IMG/VR virus record: IMGVR_UViG_3300027956_000006
Direction: 5' to 3' (one strand)
Source: a virus
Length of the DNA: 64,000 nucleotides
Made by a program: the position numbers and the translations under genes. Below are positions 25,365-35,040 of this stretch, in pieces (within the stretch, counting starts at the first letter, position 1; every line of letters starts with the position of its first letter). Below the pieces are notes generated by a model. That model saw only the letters and a list, made by a program, of their open reading frames with translations, made no database searches and had not been told where the DNA came from.

Positions 25365-26294
25365 ATGGACAATCAAGAAGTTATTCAGCATTACCTAGAT
25401 TCTCTTATGACATTAAGTAAAGAGACTTTAAAAAATAAGACTTACTTTTTAAACCAATTTCATAATGATCTAAAGAAGCCGTTTGATACAATTACATCAA
25501 ATGATTTACGGAAATATATTATTAATAAAAAAGAATCTGGTAAATGGATAAAAGCAAGTACTGTTTTACAATATATAACATTATTAAAAACATTTTATAA
25601 ATTCCTTGTCAATGAGAATTATATAAAAGATGAAAATAATCCTACTAAAACATTAAAGGCTCCGCGTCAGCACTCTCAAGGGGAACTACGCACTATGTCC
25701 CTTGATGAAATACGAAAATTATTAAAAAGTGTTGAAAGCCCAGCAGTTGAGTTGCGTGATAAGCTTATCTTTTATTTAGCTATGACTTCTGGATTGCGTG
25801 CCTCTGAAATATGTTCAATTAAAAAAAGTAATATCGATTTAACAAAACGTTTGATTTATATCCCCAAAGAAGATGTTAAAGGGCAGTATAGAGAAAAACT
25901 AGTTCCTATTTCTAACAGAACAAAAGAAATCTTAGAACTGTATTTAATTAAATACCCCACATTCAGTGATTTTTTATTTGAAAACCGTTTTAATAAAAAG
26001 TTAGCACGTTTGGCTATATATAACGCTATGAAATTAGTAATTGATGCGGCGTTCCCCTACACAGTAGCTGAAACAAAAGAACAAGTTTCTCGTGTATGGA
26101 AAAAACCTTACGGATCACATATCGCTCGACATACTTTTGCTACCCGTTGGATTGAATCTGGTGGTGATTTACACGCGCTAAGAGCAATTATGGGCTGGAG
26201 ATCGTTTAACCAATTAGATCGTTATGTCAATGTTTCACCAGAATTTATTAAAAACTCTGCATTTAAGGTAGAGCGTAAACTACTAAAGGTGTAA
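25365..26294 (+). CDS. tyrosine recombinase / phage integrase
   Basis: C-terminal catalytic region GSHIARHTFATRWIESGGDLHALRAIMGWRSFNQLDRYVNV (HxxR...Y), with LRASEI box upstream. Confidence 0.85.
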   Translation: MDNQEVIQHYLDSLMTLSKETLKNKTYFLNQFHNDLKKPFDTITSNDLRKYIINKKESGKWIKASTVLQYITLLKTFYKFLVNENYIKDENNPTKTLKAPRQHSQGELRTMSLDEIRKLLKSVESPAVELRDKLIFYLAMTSGLRASEICSIKKSNIDLTKRLIYIPKEDVKGQYREKLVPISNRTKEILELYLIKYPTFSDFLFENRFNKKLARLAIYNAMKLVIDAAFPYTVAETKEQVSRVWKKPYGSHIARHTFATRWIESGGDLHALRAIMGWRSFNQLDRYVNVSPEFIKNSAFKVERKLLKV

Positions 26295-26448
26295 TAATGT
26301 TAGTCAGCGAATTTTTTCAAAAAATTGATTCTTTATTACATGAACATCGTGTTTCAGGAGAAGATAATTTTAGCCGTGTCGTTATTGAATGTTTAATTGA
26401 CAAAATAAATGAATTAGTCAAAGAATGGGAGACAAGTTATAAATAACT

Positions 26449-27435
26449 ATGCGACCACAAACATTAGATGAATTCCAAGGTGAAAGTAATCGTGATGTTA
26501 TTGAAAGATTGCGCATTGCGATTGCTTCAGCAAAACATAGAAATACAGTTCTACCTAATATTTTGTTCTATGGAGAACCTGGATTAGGTAAAACAACATT
26601 ATCTAATATTGTTGCTAACGAAATGAACTCTAAGTGTATTGTAAGAACGGGCGGCTCAATTTCATCACAAAAAGATATTTTCGCTATACTCTATGAAATA
26701 GATGCAATACAAGAAAACAATAAAAATGCTTTATTATTTTTTGATGAAATACACAAATTATCGGTAAAAGATATGCCTGAAGAAATGTTTTATTCTATTC
26801 TAGAGGACCATATTTTTTATTCTAATTTAGCAGGGAAAGAGTTAATGCTTGATAATAAAAACATTATGATTACCGACAATGTTTTAACCACGAAAGAATC
26901 ATTCTCTATAGTAGGAGCAACAACAAGCCCTGGTGCGTTAAAAAAACCTTTACGCGACAGATTTACTCTACAATGTTATTTAAAAGCTTATTCAGTTGAA
27001 GATTTAATAAAAATTATAGTATTTAATTCAACAAAAGAAAACATTGCCATTGAAGAAAACGCGATAAAAGAATTAGCGCAACGTGCACGCGGAGTACCAA
27101 GAATTGTTATTAATTTTCTAAAATCTTGCCGCGATAGATCAATTTTTAAAAATGAACAAGCTATTACCCTACCAACTGTATTAGAAGAAATGAAATTGCA
27201 GTGCATCGAAGAGGATGGCTTAACGCAGCTGGATTTAAAGGTCCTATCTACTTTGGCACAACAGAAAAAAGGAATGGGATTACGCACATTAGCAGGTACA
27301 TGCAGTCTTGATGTTACGACATTAGAAGAAATGGTATTACCTTTTTTGTCCGCTCGGTCTTATGTCATTACTACAAGTAAGCGTTTCATTACCGACTTAG
27401 GGCAACAAAGGTTAAATAAGTATTTATCAAAATAA
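26449..27435 (+). CDS. ruvB: Holliday junction branch-migration ATPase RuvB-like
   Basis: LFYGEPGLGKTTLSNIVANEM Walker A, LFFDEIH Walker B, GATTSPGALKKPLRDRF sensor region, ARGVPRIV; collinear with RuvB. Confidence 0.85.
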   Translation: MRPQTLDEFQGESNRDVIERLRIAIASAKHRNTVLPNILFYGEPGLGKTTLSNIVANEMNSKCIVRTGGSISSQKDIFAILYEIDAIQENNKNALLFFDEIHKLSVKDMPEEMFYSILEDHIFYSNLAGKELMLDNKNIMITDNVLTTKESFSIVGATTSPGALKKPLRDRFTLQCYLKAYSVEDLIKIIVFNSTKENIAIEENAIKELAQRARGVPRIVINFLKSCRDRSIFKNEQAITLPTVLEEMKLQCIEEDGLTQLDLKVLSTLAQQKKGMGLRTLAGTCSLDVTTLEEMVLPFLSARSYVITTSKRFITDLGQQRLNKYLSK

Positions 27436-27532
27436 GGATAAAATGAATAAAAAAGGATTTTTCGCCTTAACAATAGTATTAATTGTCTTTATAATTGGTA
27501 TTTTATTTTTAATATTTAAAAAATAAAATCAT

Positions 27533-29395
27533 ATGGCAACATTACGTATTATACAAGAACAACAACTGTTGTTATCTTGTTCATATCAAGAGCGTGATAT
27601 TGCAAAAAAAATATCGCATGCTACTTGGGACGCCCAGAGTAAAGTATGGACCTACCCTTATTCGGTAGAACGTCTTGAACTTTGTAAACAATATTTCCCT
27701 TCATTACAAATAGAACTCGTTAAAGAACAAACCAAGCAAGAATATACTGCTATTGAGCAAGAATTAATTGTTTTAAAAAATACAGTATCGTGTAATATTG
27801 ACTTTCCTATTATTAAAACAGAATTACGTAACCATCAAAAATTAGGTATACAATATTTATTATCTTTAAATTGTGCAATGCTTGCCGACCAAATGGGAGC
27901 AGGAAAGTCATTACAGGCTCTAACTGTTTCTTTAATACGTAAAGCACGAGGAGAAATACAAAAAACTTTAATTATTTGTCCTGCAACGGCAAAATATGCC
28001 GTTTGGGACAGAGAAATTAAAAAGTTTACCGATGAAAAATGTATTGTTGTTGATGGTATAAAGAAAAAAAGAGAAATAGCGTATCACACATTTTTAGAAT
28101 GTCTTGATTATCATTATTTAATTGTAAATTATGAGAGTTTAATATCGGATATAAATTACTTAAAATCTTTACCAAAACAATCCTTAATCATAGCAGATGA
28201 ATCAGTGTATATTAAAAATAGAACAGCACAACGTACAAAAGCGGTAAAAAAATTAAATAGTATATATAAAATAGCTATTACTGGTTACCCAATTGCTAAT
28301 AAAATAATTGATATACACGCACAGTTTGATTGGTTAATACCAGGGTTGTTGGGGTCGTTTTGGTCGTTTCAAGATACCTATATAGATTATCTAGAACTTA
28401 AAAAACATCATACACAAGAAACAAAAACAACTGGTAAAAATTGTAAATGTAAAATTTGTGGTAAATGGTCACCACTACAAAAGTATAACTTCGCTTATAC
28501 TTGTCATTGTTTACAACCAGAATGGGAACAACCTGGGTTTAAAAAAATATTAGGTTATAAAAATCTTGATGTTCTAAAGAAAAAATTAGAGCCGTATTAT
28601 ATACGCAGATTAAAAAAAGATGTATTAAAAGATCTTCCCGAAAAAATATATGAACAGCGAGATATTTCCCTTTCGGGTGAATTGCTTAAGGCCTATAATA
28701 CAATGAAAGAAGAAATGCGTTTAACCATTACGCAAATGAGCGAAGAAGAAGTAACTGCGAAAGCTAATGGTATTATGGTACAATTAATACGCTTATCCCA
28801 ATTAACTTGTGGTTTCATCGCAGATAAAAATTTAGATACACCTTATTTTTATAAAGAAAACCCGAAACTTCATATCCTAGACGATATTGTTGATGAAGTC
28901 CTAAGTGACGGGAATAAGATAGTAATTTGGACCAGGTTTAGACCATTTATGGCATATTTATATAAACATTATACTGAAGGATATAAGTATGATAACGAAT
29001 TTAAGCAATATAAGTGTGCTTATTTGTGGGGAAAAATGTCCCCAAAATTAAAAGATGATAATATTGAAATGTTTCAAACTGATCCTAATTGTAAAATCTT
29101 TATTGGTACAGTACAAGCTGGAGGCATGAGCGTCACGCTTCATGCTGCTACAGTAGAAGTTTTTACTGATTTAAGCTTTCTCTCTCCTTCTACAATAGAA
29201 CAAGCTGCCGACAGATTGCACCGATTGGGGCAAAAAAATACTGTTGTTATTATTGACACAATTGCGAGAAAAACAGTTGATGAACATTGGATAGAAATTC
29301 TCCATAATAAACAAAAAGTGTCTAATATGATATTTGATGATGATGGTATTGTAAGAATTAATGAAAAAAAAGATTTTCTAAAATTATTAGAGTAG
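27533..29395 (+). CDS. SNF2/RAD54-family DNA helicase with zinc-ribbon insertion
   Basis: LADQMGAGKSLQAL (motif I), IIADESVYIKN (DExx), C-terminal helicase domain QAGGMSVTLHAA...QAADRLHRLGQ; CKCKICG...CHC insert. Confidence 0.8.
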   Translation: MATLRIIQEQQLLLSCSYQERDIAKKISHATWDAQSKVWTYPYSVERLELCKQYFPSLQIELVKEQTKQEYTAIEQELIVLKNTVSCNIDFPIIKTELRNHQKLGIQYLLSLNCAMLADQMGAGKSLQALTVSLIRKARGEIQKTLIICPATAKYAVWDREIKKFTDEKCIVVDGIKKKREIAYHTFLECLDYHYLIVNYESLISDINYLKSLPKQSLIIADESVYIKNRTAQRTKAVKKLNSIYKIAITGYPIANKIIDIHAQFDWLIPGLLGSFWSFQDTYIDYLELKKHHTQETKTTGKNCKCKICGKWSPLQKYNFAYTCHCLQPEWEQPGFKKILGYKNLDVLKKKLEPYYIRRLKKDVLKDLPEKIYEQRDISLSGELLKAYNTMKEEMRLTITQMSEEEVTAKANGIMVQLIRLSQLTCGFIADKNLDTPYFYKENPKLHILDDIVDEVLSDGNKIVIWTRFRPFMAYLYKHYTEGYKYDNEFKQYKCAYLWGKMSPKLKDDNIEMFQTDPNCKIFIGTVQAGGMSVTLHAATVEVFTDLSFLSPSTIEQAADRLHRLGQKNTVVIIDTIARKTVDEHWIEILHNKQKVSNMIFDDDGIVRINEKKDFLKLLE

Positions 29396-29806
29396 ATTTT
29401 TATGAAAAAACTATAAAACAAATAGGTGATAATAATGAACGTTTGGGTGGTTAAGATAAGCAATTGTGAAAGTACTGATATTATTGCTATTTGTACTACA
29501 AAAGAAATTGCTGAAAGAGAATTATTTAAAGAACGAGACAGATTAATAGATGAATGGAAAAAAGCTAAAATATCCGAGGCAGAGTTTTATAGTAAATTTA
29601 TAGAGGAAAAAGCAAAAGAAGGTGTTTATTTTGGATTTAAGTTTAATGAAGAAAATAGCTACGATAAAATGATCTCGGCGTTATCTAATAACGATTATGA
29701 AAAATGGGATAATTATCCACACGAACAGCCTTTTTTGTATGAAACAACAATACTAGATATTTAGTAAAAAGAAGCTATTGCTTACTTTAGGAAGAACGAA
29801 CTAGAA

Positions 29807-30022
29807 ATGAATAAAAATAAAATTATTATTTTACTCTTATTTCTCTTTATTGGATGTGCTACTATACCAATAACACCCACGCCCATAACAAAACAAGACG
29901 GCTTATATATTGATCATAAATTAGTAAAAAAAGATGCAACAGTAGAAGATTTTTGCAAAGCGAAAGGTAGAAAGGGTTTATTTAGACACAATAAAGAAGT
30001 ATTAAGCGAGGAGATAAAATGA
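29807..30022 (+). CDS. small lipoprotein
   Basis: LLLFLFIGCAT lipobox. Confidence 0.4.
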   Translation: MNKNKIIILLLFLFIGCATIPITPTPITKQDGLYIDHKLVKKDATVEDFCKAKGRKGLFRHNKEVLSEEIK

Positions 30023-30558
30023 AACATAAAAAGAAAAAAGAAACAACAGAAGGTAAAGGGGATAATGTTTTAACTTCACAAGGTGAAATAGGGACACCAA
30101 CGATTGAAATTATTGATCTAACAAGAAGATTATTAGAATTAGAAGAACGTTATGAGAAAGAAAAACAATTAACATCTGAATTATATGAACAAAAAGAAAG
30201 ACTAGAAATTGAGCTGTATGACCATATGAAAAATGTTGGGATAGAGCAATTTCGGACAGCAGAATTTGGATTAATTTCATGTGCAAACCGATTATGGGGA
30301 AAAATAACTAATTTAGAAATAGCTGAAAAATGGTTGAAAGATAATGGATTGTTCCATGAAGTTTTAAAATTAAAACCAGTTGTAGCTCGTGTTAATGAAA
30401 TTATTAAAAAAAGATTAGAAGAAGGGCAATCTATTCCACCTGGTTTTGATTATACATTAACTAGAACAATTAATCATAGGAGTAAATAATCATAGGGGTA
30501 AATAATATATTTAAATCTAAATTTAAAATAGGGTAGACACCTATACAAAGGAGAAAAA

Positions 30559-31140
30559 ATGAAAAAAATAGTTGTATTAGTATTAGCTATGTTATGTATG
30601 GTAATAAGTATCGCCATCGCAATGCCTTCATACGAAGATAACTCTAACACAAATGAACAAGGCCAATTACAAGGGCAAATACAAGGACAGATGCAAAATC
30701 AGCTTCAAGGACAAGCTCAGGGCCAAGGACAAATTGCTGTAGGTGAAACAGCACAAGATGTATCAATATCTGGAGATGAAACAAAAGTAAAATCGTACGC
30801 TGTTTCTTACCCTGCTCTTTCTGGCGGTGAAGGAATATCTCAAGCAAATGCTTACTCTATATTTGGCGGATTAGGGTTATCACAAACCGAAAAATATAAA
30901 GTATATATTGTACAGATTCAAGCGATTGAAGCTAGTACAGTTTTAACTGCAGAGCAAAAAGTAGCATATATTAATACTTTAGCTACTAAAATGATGAAAA
31001 CAAATAAAACACAACGGTGGTTAGGGTTTGGTCCAGAAACATCTGGACGTAATTTATTTAATTTATTTGGTATCTTATCTTGGGATTCAGTGTGGGCTGA
31101 AAGTCAAAAACCTTTTCAGTCTAAAAAAGATATTAAGTAG
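30559..31140 (+). CDS. secreted protein with Gln-Gly-rich tandem repeats
   Basis: Signal peptide plus QGQLQGQIQGQMQNQLQGQAQGQGQ repeats. Confidence 0.4.
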   Translation: MKKIVVLVLAMLCMVISIAIAMPSYEDNSNTNEQGQLQGQIQGQMQNQLQGQAQGQGQIAVGETAQDVSISGDETKVKSYAVSYPALSGGEGISQANAYSIFGGLGLSQTEKYKVYIVQIQAIEASTVLTAEQKVAYINTLATKMMKTNKTQRWLGFGPETSGRNLFNLFGILSWDSVWAESQKPFQSKKDIK

Positions 31141-31200
31141 TTTTATATAGGCGTCTACCCTATTTTATATTAATTAAATATTGAAGGAAGGAGGTAAACA

Positions 31201-31437
31201 ATGGTTTTTATGTTATTACGAACTCTTTTTTTAATATTATTAATTATAATATCAATTTATATTATATATAATAAAATTATAAAAAGGTTATTAAAAAAAG
31301 AACCTCTTAATAATGCAATCGAAGATATTAAAACAACTTTAGACCTTGCTAAAAAAATACCAGATATAGATTCAAATGAATTAAAAAAAGCAAAACAAAA
31401 AATAAAAGATACAATTAAAAATGGAGATGAGCAATGA
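31201..31437 (+). CDS. small membrane protein (possible NfeD-like partner of the SPFH protein)
   Basis: Single TM helix LFLILLIIISIYIIY; stop overlaps start of SPFH gene. Confidence 0.3.
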   Translation: MVFMLLRTLFLILLIIISIYIIYNKIIKRLLKKEPLNNAIEDIKTTLDLAKKIPDIDSNELKKAKQKIKDTIKNGDEQ

Positions 31438-32573
31438 TAAAAAATGAAGAGTTTGGGATACCGATAAAAATCGCATTCATTTGTATTGTAGCAATTATTG
31501 GTGTTGTATTAGGGTTTCATACAATAAGTTGGAAAAAGGTAGAAGGTAATGAAGCTATGGTCGAACAGCATTTAACTCAAGGTGTCTTGGAAAACGTAAA
31601 ATTATCTGGAACACATTGGTATTGCGGTTGGATTTCTGATATGTATATTTATAATATCGGTACACAAAAAATTACTTTTGATACGTTAAAAACTAATAAA
31701 GATGCCGAATATGAGCGTATCGAAGTAAATTGTGGAGAAAATGGTGGGCAAAAAGCGTGGGTTGCTTTATCTGTTAATTACCGTATAGGGTGGGACACAG
31801 ATAAAAATAATGCCCCTATTTTTGCTCCAGTAAAGTTAATTACTTTACATAAAGAAGGCTTAAGAGAAACTTATGAAAGTATGATTTTAAAACGAACTAT
31901 TGTTGAAGTAGTTAATCATGTAGCCCGTCCAAGACATGCCCTTGAAATTTATTCTGGACAAGGTTTTGTCGATTTTGTAAAATCATTAGAAGAAGAATTA
32001 AAAAATTCTGATGTTTTTAAAGAACGAGGCATATTTATTGAAAATACAATAGTGTATAGTGTCCATCTTGACCCAGCATATGAAAGTGAAATCGCTGCTA
32101 AAATGTTGGCTATACAAGAAACGTTGAAACTTAAAGAACAAACAAAAGCAAAAGAAGAAGAAGCAAAAAGGATTTACGCAGAATCGCAAGCGAATGTAGA
32201 AAAAATAAAACAAGAAGCTGAAGCGGCAAAAATCAAGATGGTAAAACAAGCTGAAGCTGATAAAGAACGTGCTGTATTAGCCGCTGAAGCTGAAAAAGCA
32301 AAACGTTTACTCGAAGCTGAAGGTAATAGAGACGCTAATTTAGCTATGGCATCTGGTGTTTTAGCCGTGGGTAAAGCTGAAGCTGAGGTACAGATGTTAA
32401 AACGAGAAGCGCTTTATGGCGGGGAAGCTGGTAATCGTAGGGCACAAGTTGAAATTGCTGTTGCGCAAGCAGAAAAATTAAAAGGTTTATTTCATGGTGT
32501 GCAAATAGTTCCTGAAAAAACAATTTTAAATATTGGAAGATCAACATTAGCAATATCTGCTGATGATAAGTAA
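31434..32573 (+). CDS. SPFH/band-7 (flotillin/prohibitin-like) membrane protein with C-terminal coiled coil
   Basis: N-terminal TM helix, band-7 core, then AKEEEAKRIYAESQANVEKIKQEAEAAKIKMVKQAEADKERAVLAAEAEKAKRLLEAEG flotillin-like Ala/Glu coiled coil. Confidence 0.7.
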   Translation: MIKNEEFGIPIKIAFICIVAIIGVVLGFHTISWKKVEGNEAMVEQHLTQGVLENVKLSGTHWYCGWISDMYIYNIGTQKITFDTLKTNKDAEYERIEVNCGENGGQKAWVALSVNYRIGWDTDKNNAPIFAPVKLITLHKEGLRETYESMILKRTIVEVVNHVARPRHALEIYSGQGFVDFVKSLEEELKNSDVFKERGIFIENTIVYSVHLDPAYESEIAAKMLAIQETLKLKEQTKAKEEEAKRIYAESQANVEKIKQEAEAAKIKMVKQAEADKERAVLAAEAEKAKRLLEAEGNRDANLAMASGVLAVGKAEAEVQMLKREALYGGEAGNRRAQVEIAVAQAEKLKGLFHGVQIVPEKTILNIGRSTLAISADDK

Positions 32574-32997
32574 ATAAGGATTAAATAGTGCTTAAACTAG
32601 CGACATTTAAATGTAGATGGGCAATATCTGGATATATATCATTGCCTCGACAATCTAATTGTGAAAGAAGATTATATCCCGCTAGTCTATAAAATAAACT
32701 AAGATGCAGAACCGAGCAATTAGAAGATATCTTAACAAAAAAGTGATCCATAAACGTTTAAAACTATTAAAAACTCTTGAGAAACCTAGTCTTAAAGATT
32801 CTAATGGAGAAACATATTATGAAAGGATGAAAAAAGAACCAGGACGGTTAAGAGACAAACATCCCTATGATTGTGGAAAATCAAATTGTTTATGTTGTCA
32901 TTATGAAAAAGTTTTATCTAAAAAAAGCTTAAAAGAAAAAAGAGACGCTGCTTTTATAAAAACACAACTAGTAGATAATGAGTTTTTAAATAAGCCC

Positions 32998-33025
32998 TTG
33001 ACAAAATAAATAATTATGTTATAAT
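32998..33025 (+). promoter_or_regulatory. sigma70-type promoter (TTGACA-16-TATAAT)
   Basis: cTTGACAaaataaataattatgtTATAATat. Confidence 0.55.
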
Positions 33026-33273
33026 ATAATCATATTAAAATATGATTATTCTATAAAGGATATAAATGAAAACTACCAAAATCACACCAAAAATAATTCA
33101 AATACCTATCCAAATGCCTATCGAACAATATCAATCCTTATTAGATATCCAAATAACAACATTTAAAAAAACGCATAAACGGCCTAGTCTAGCCTTGTTA
33201 GTTAGAGAAGCGATAACTTGCTATATTAATAATTACAACAAGTTATAATTTAAACAACGTAAGGGAGGAACAA

Positions 33274-34068
33274 ATGACAGAAGCTAAAAAAGAAAAGAAA
33301 CAAGATGAAGCACTATCTGTATCACAGACAGGACAAGCTTTACCCCCAATATCTCTACCAAAAGATGAAAAAGCTTTAGCTGAACTTTTAAAACCAGCAC
33401 CTGGTACTGAAGAAGTTAGTTCTGAAGATGTTATTATGCCCCGTATTAGATTACTACAAGATCAATCAATTGAGGTAAAGGCTAAAGAACAAGAGTCTGG
33501 TTTATTAAAAAACAGCATTACGGGTGAAATTTTTACTACATTTGATTTTATTCCCTTGACAATGCATAAGTCGCGTACTATGTTTGATGTTGATAATCGT
33601 ATGGGCGCGCCTTTATGTCGTTCTAATGATACAAAAATTGGATCAGATGGTAGCAAGTGTGCAGAATGTAGTAATGCACAATGGAAAGAAGGTAAACCAC
33701 CGGTATGTAATATGATCTTTAATTATTTAGTTATACAACCTAAAGAAATAGGTATAATGTTTTTACCTAATATATTAAGTTTTATGAAAACATCGGCACA
33801 GTCTGCATTAAAAATCAACGTATCTGTTGAATGTACTTTACCACGTCAACCTTTCTGGAATAAAGTATGGCGCGTTACACCAAAATTAAAACCTTTTAAG
33901 AGAGGGCCTGCATATATCTTAGAGGTACAACAATTACGTGATACCACAGCTGATGAACGTATGTGGGCAGAATTAGTATATCGTAATACGATAGGTAAAA
34001 AGATTGATCTTACCGCAGATGATATGCCAACAGATGATTTGAATATAAATGATTTAGAAGGAGCGTAA
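33274..34068 (+). CDS. hypothetical protein (264 aa)
   Basis: Strong RBS GGAGG; no motif recognised. Confidence 0.3.
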   Translation: MTEAKKEKKQDEALSVSQTGQALPPISLPKDEKALAELLKPAPGTEEVSSEDVIMPRIRLLQDQSIEVKAKEQESGLLKNSITGEIFTTFDFIPLTMHKSRTMFDVDNRMGAPLCRSNDTKIGSDGSKCAECSNAQWKEGKPPVCNMIFNYLVIQPKEIGIMFLPNILSFMKTSAQSALKINVSVECTLPRQPFWNKVWRVTPKLKPFKRGPAYILEVQQLRDTTADERMWAELVYRNTIGKKIDLTADDMPTDDLNINDLEGA

Positions 34069-34521
34069 ATAATGGAGAAATTATTAACAAAAAATCCAGC
34101 ATATTATCGTATTAATTTAAACACGGGGAACTTAATATATTTAAGTCATCACTTTAATGTTGATGATAGTGAATATATTGAAATTACTATCAAAGATATT
34201 GTATTAAAGCTTGATGAAGTGATAGGGGGGGTTAATGCCTTACAATTAAAAATGCTATCAGTAGTAAAAGCTATTCCCAGTGTCTCTGAACAAGCTGAGT
34301 TTGAAACCTTAAAAACTCAAATTTCTGATTTAACAAAAGAAATTGCATCATTAAAAACATTACCAAACCAATTAAAATAATTTTAATAGAATTGTAGTTA
34401 TAGTGACTAGGTAAGGGTGTTCAAGGAGTGCAATGATCTAATAATTACTATAAATATATTAGACATTTCTCTGGAGCGGAGCAGAGTGGGGAATCCTGCC
34501 AGTTCTATTAAAAGATAAAAC

Positions 34522-34559
34522 TTGACTTTGTAGGTTTTTGTAGTATAATATAGTATAAT
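34522..34559 (+). promoter_or_regulatory. sigma70-type promoter with duplicated -10 (TTGACT-16-TATAAT, second TATAAT 10 bp downstream)
   Basis: cTTGACTttgtaggtttttgtagTATAATatagTATAATg. Confidence 0.5.
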
Positions 34560-35040
34560 GTGGTATTGTGTCAAATTAAGCATATAACTAAGCATATAAT
34601 ATATATATAATGGAATACAAAACAACAGATATAAACCTAGCTGCTTTTTTAAAAGCTAAATATAACTTTAAACTAAAAGCTTTAGAGCCTGATCCTATGG
34701 AAAAAGATCGGGCTCTTTTTGTTTTTTTAACAGATCAAGATAGTCTTATAGAACAGTTTATCTTTAATTATTATAATGGAGATGAACAATGTTCTATTAA
34801 TGAATTTGTCAGAGAAGTAGCGGATTTACGCAGTTGTCTTAGAAATTATAAAATGAATAGATAAAAATGGCTATATTATATAAAAATGTTATACAACAGA
34901 TTAAGCTTTTCAAATTAAAATGTCCTGACAGAACATTCCTTGAAACAGTAATACAAGTATGCAGCTTGTTTTCTGTTACTGATATACAAGAATACTCTCC
35001 GTTTGAAAAAAATCTATTTAAATAGATTAGGAAGGTTATT

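Noticed and set aside
34407-34625. Minus-strand ORF (72 aa) and other minus-strand ORFs in the track (e.g. 853-1044, 2386-2646, 3115-3396, 37494-37793, 39066-39389, 43708-44019)
   Set aside because: All lie antisense within better-supported + strand genes or over promoter regions, lack RBS, and break the uniform + strand organisation.
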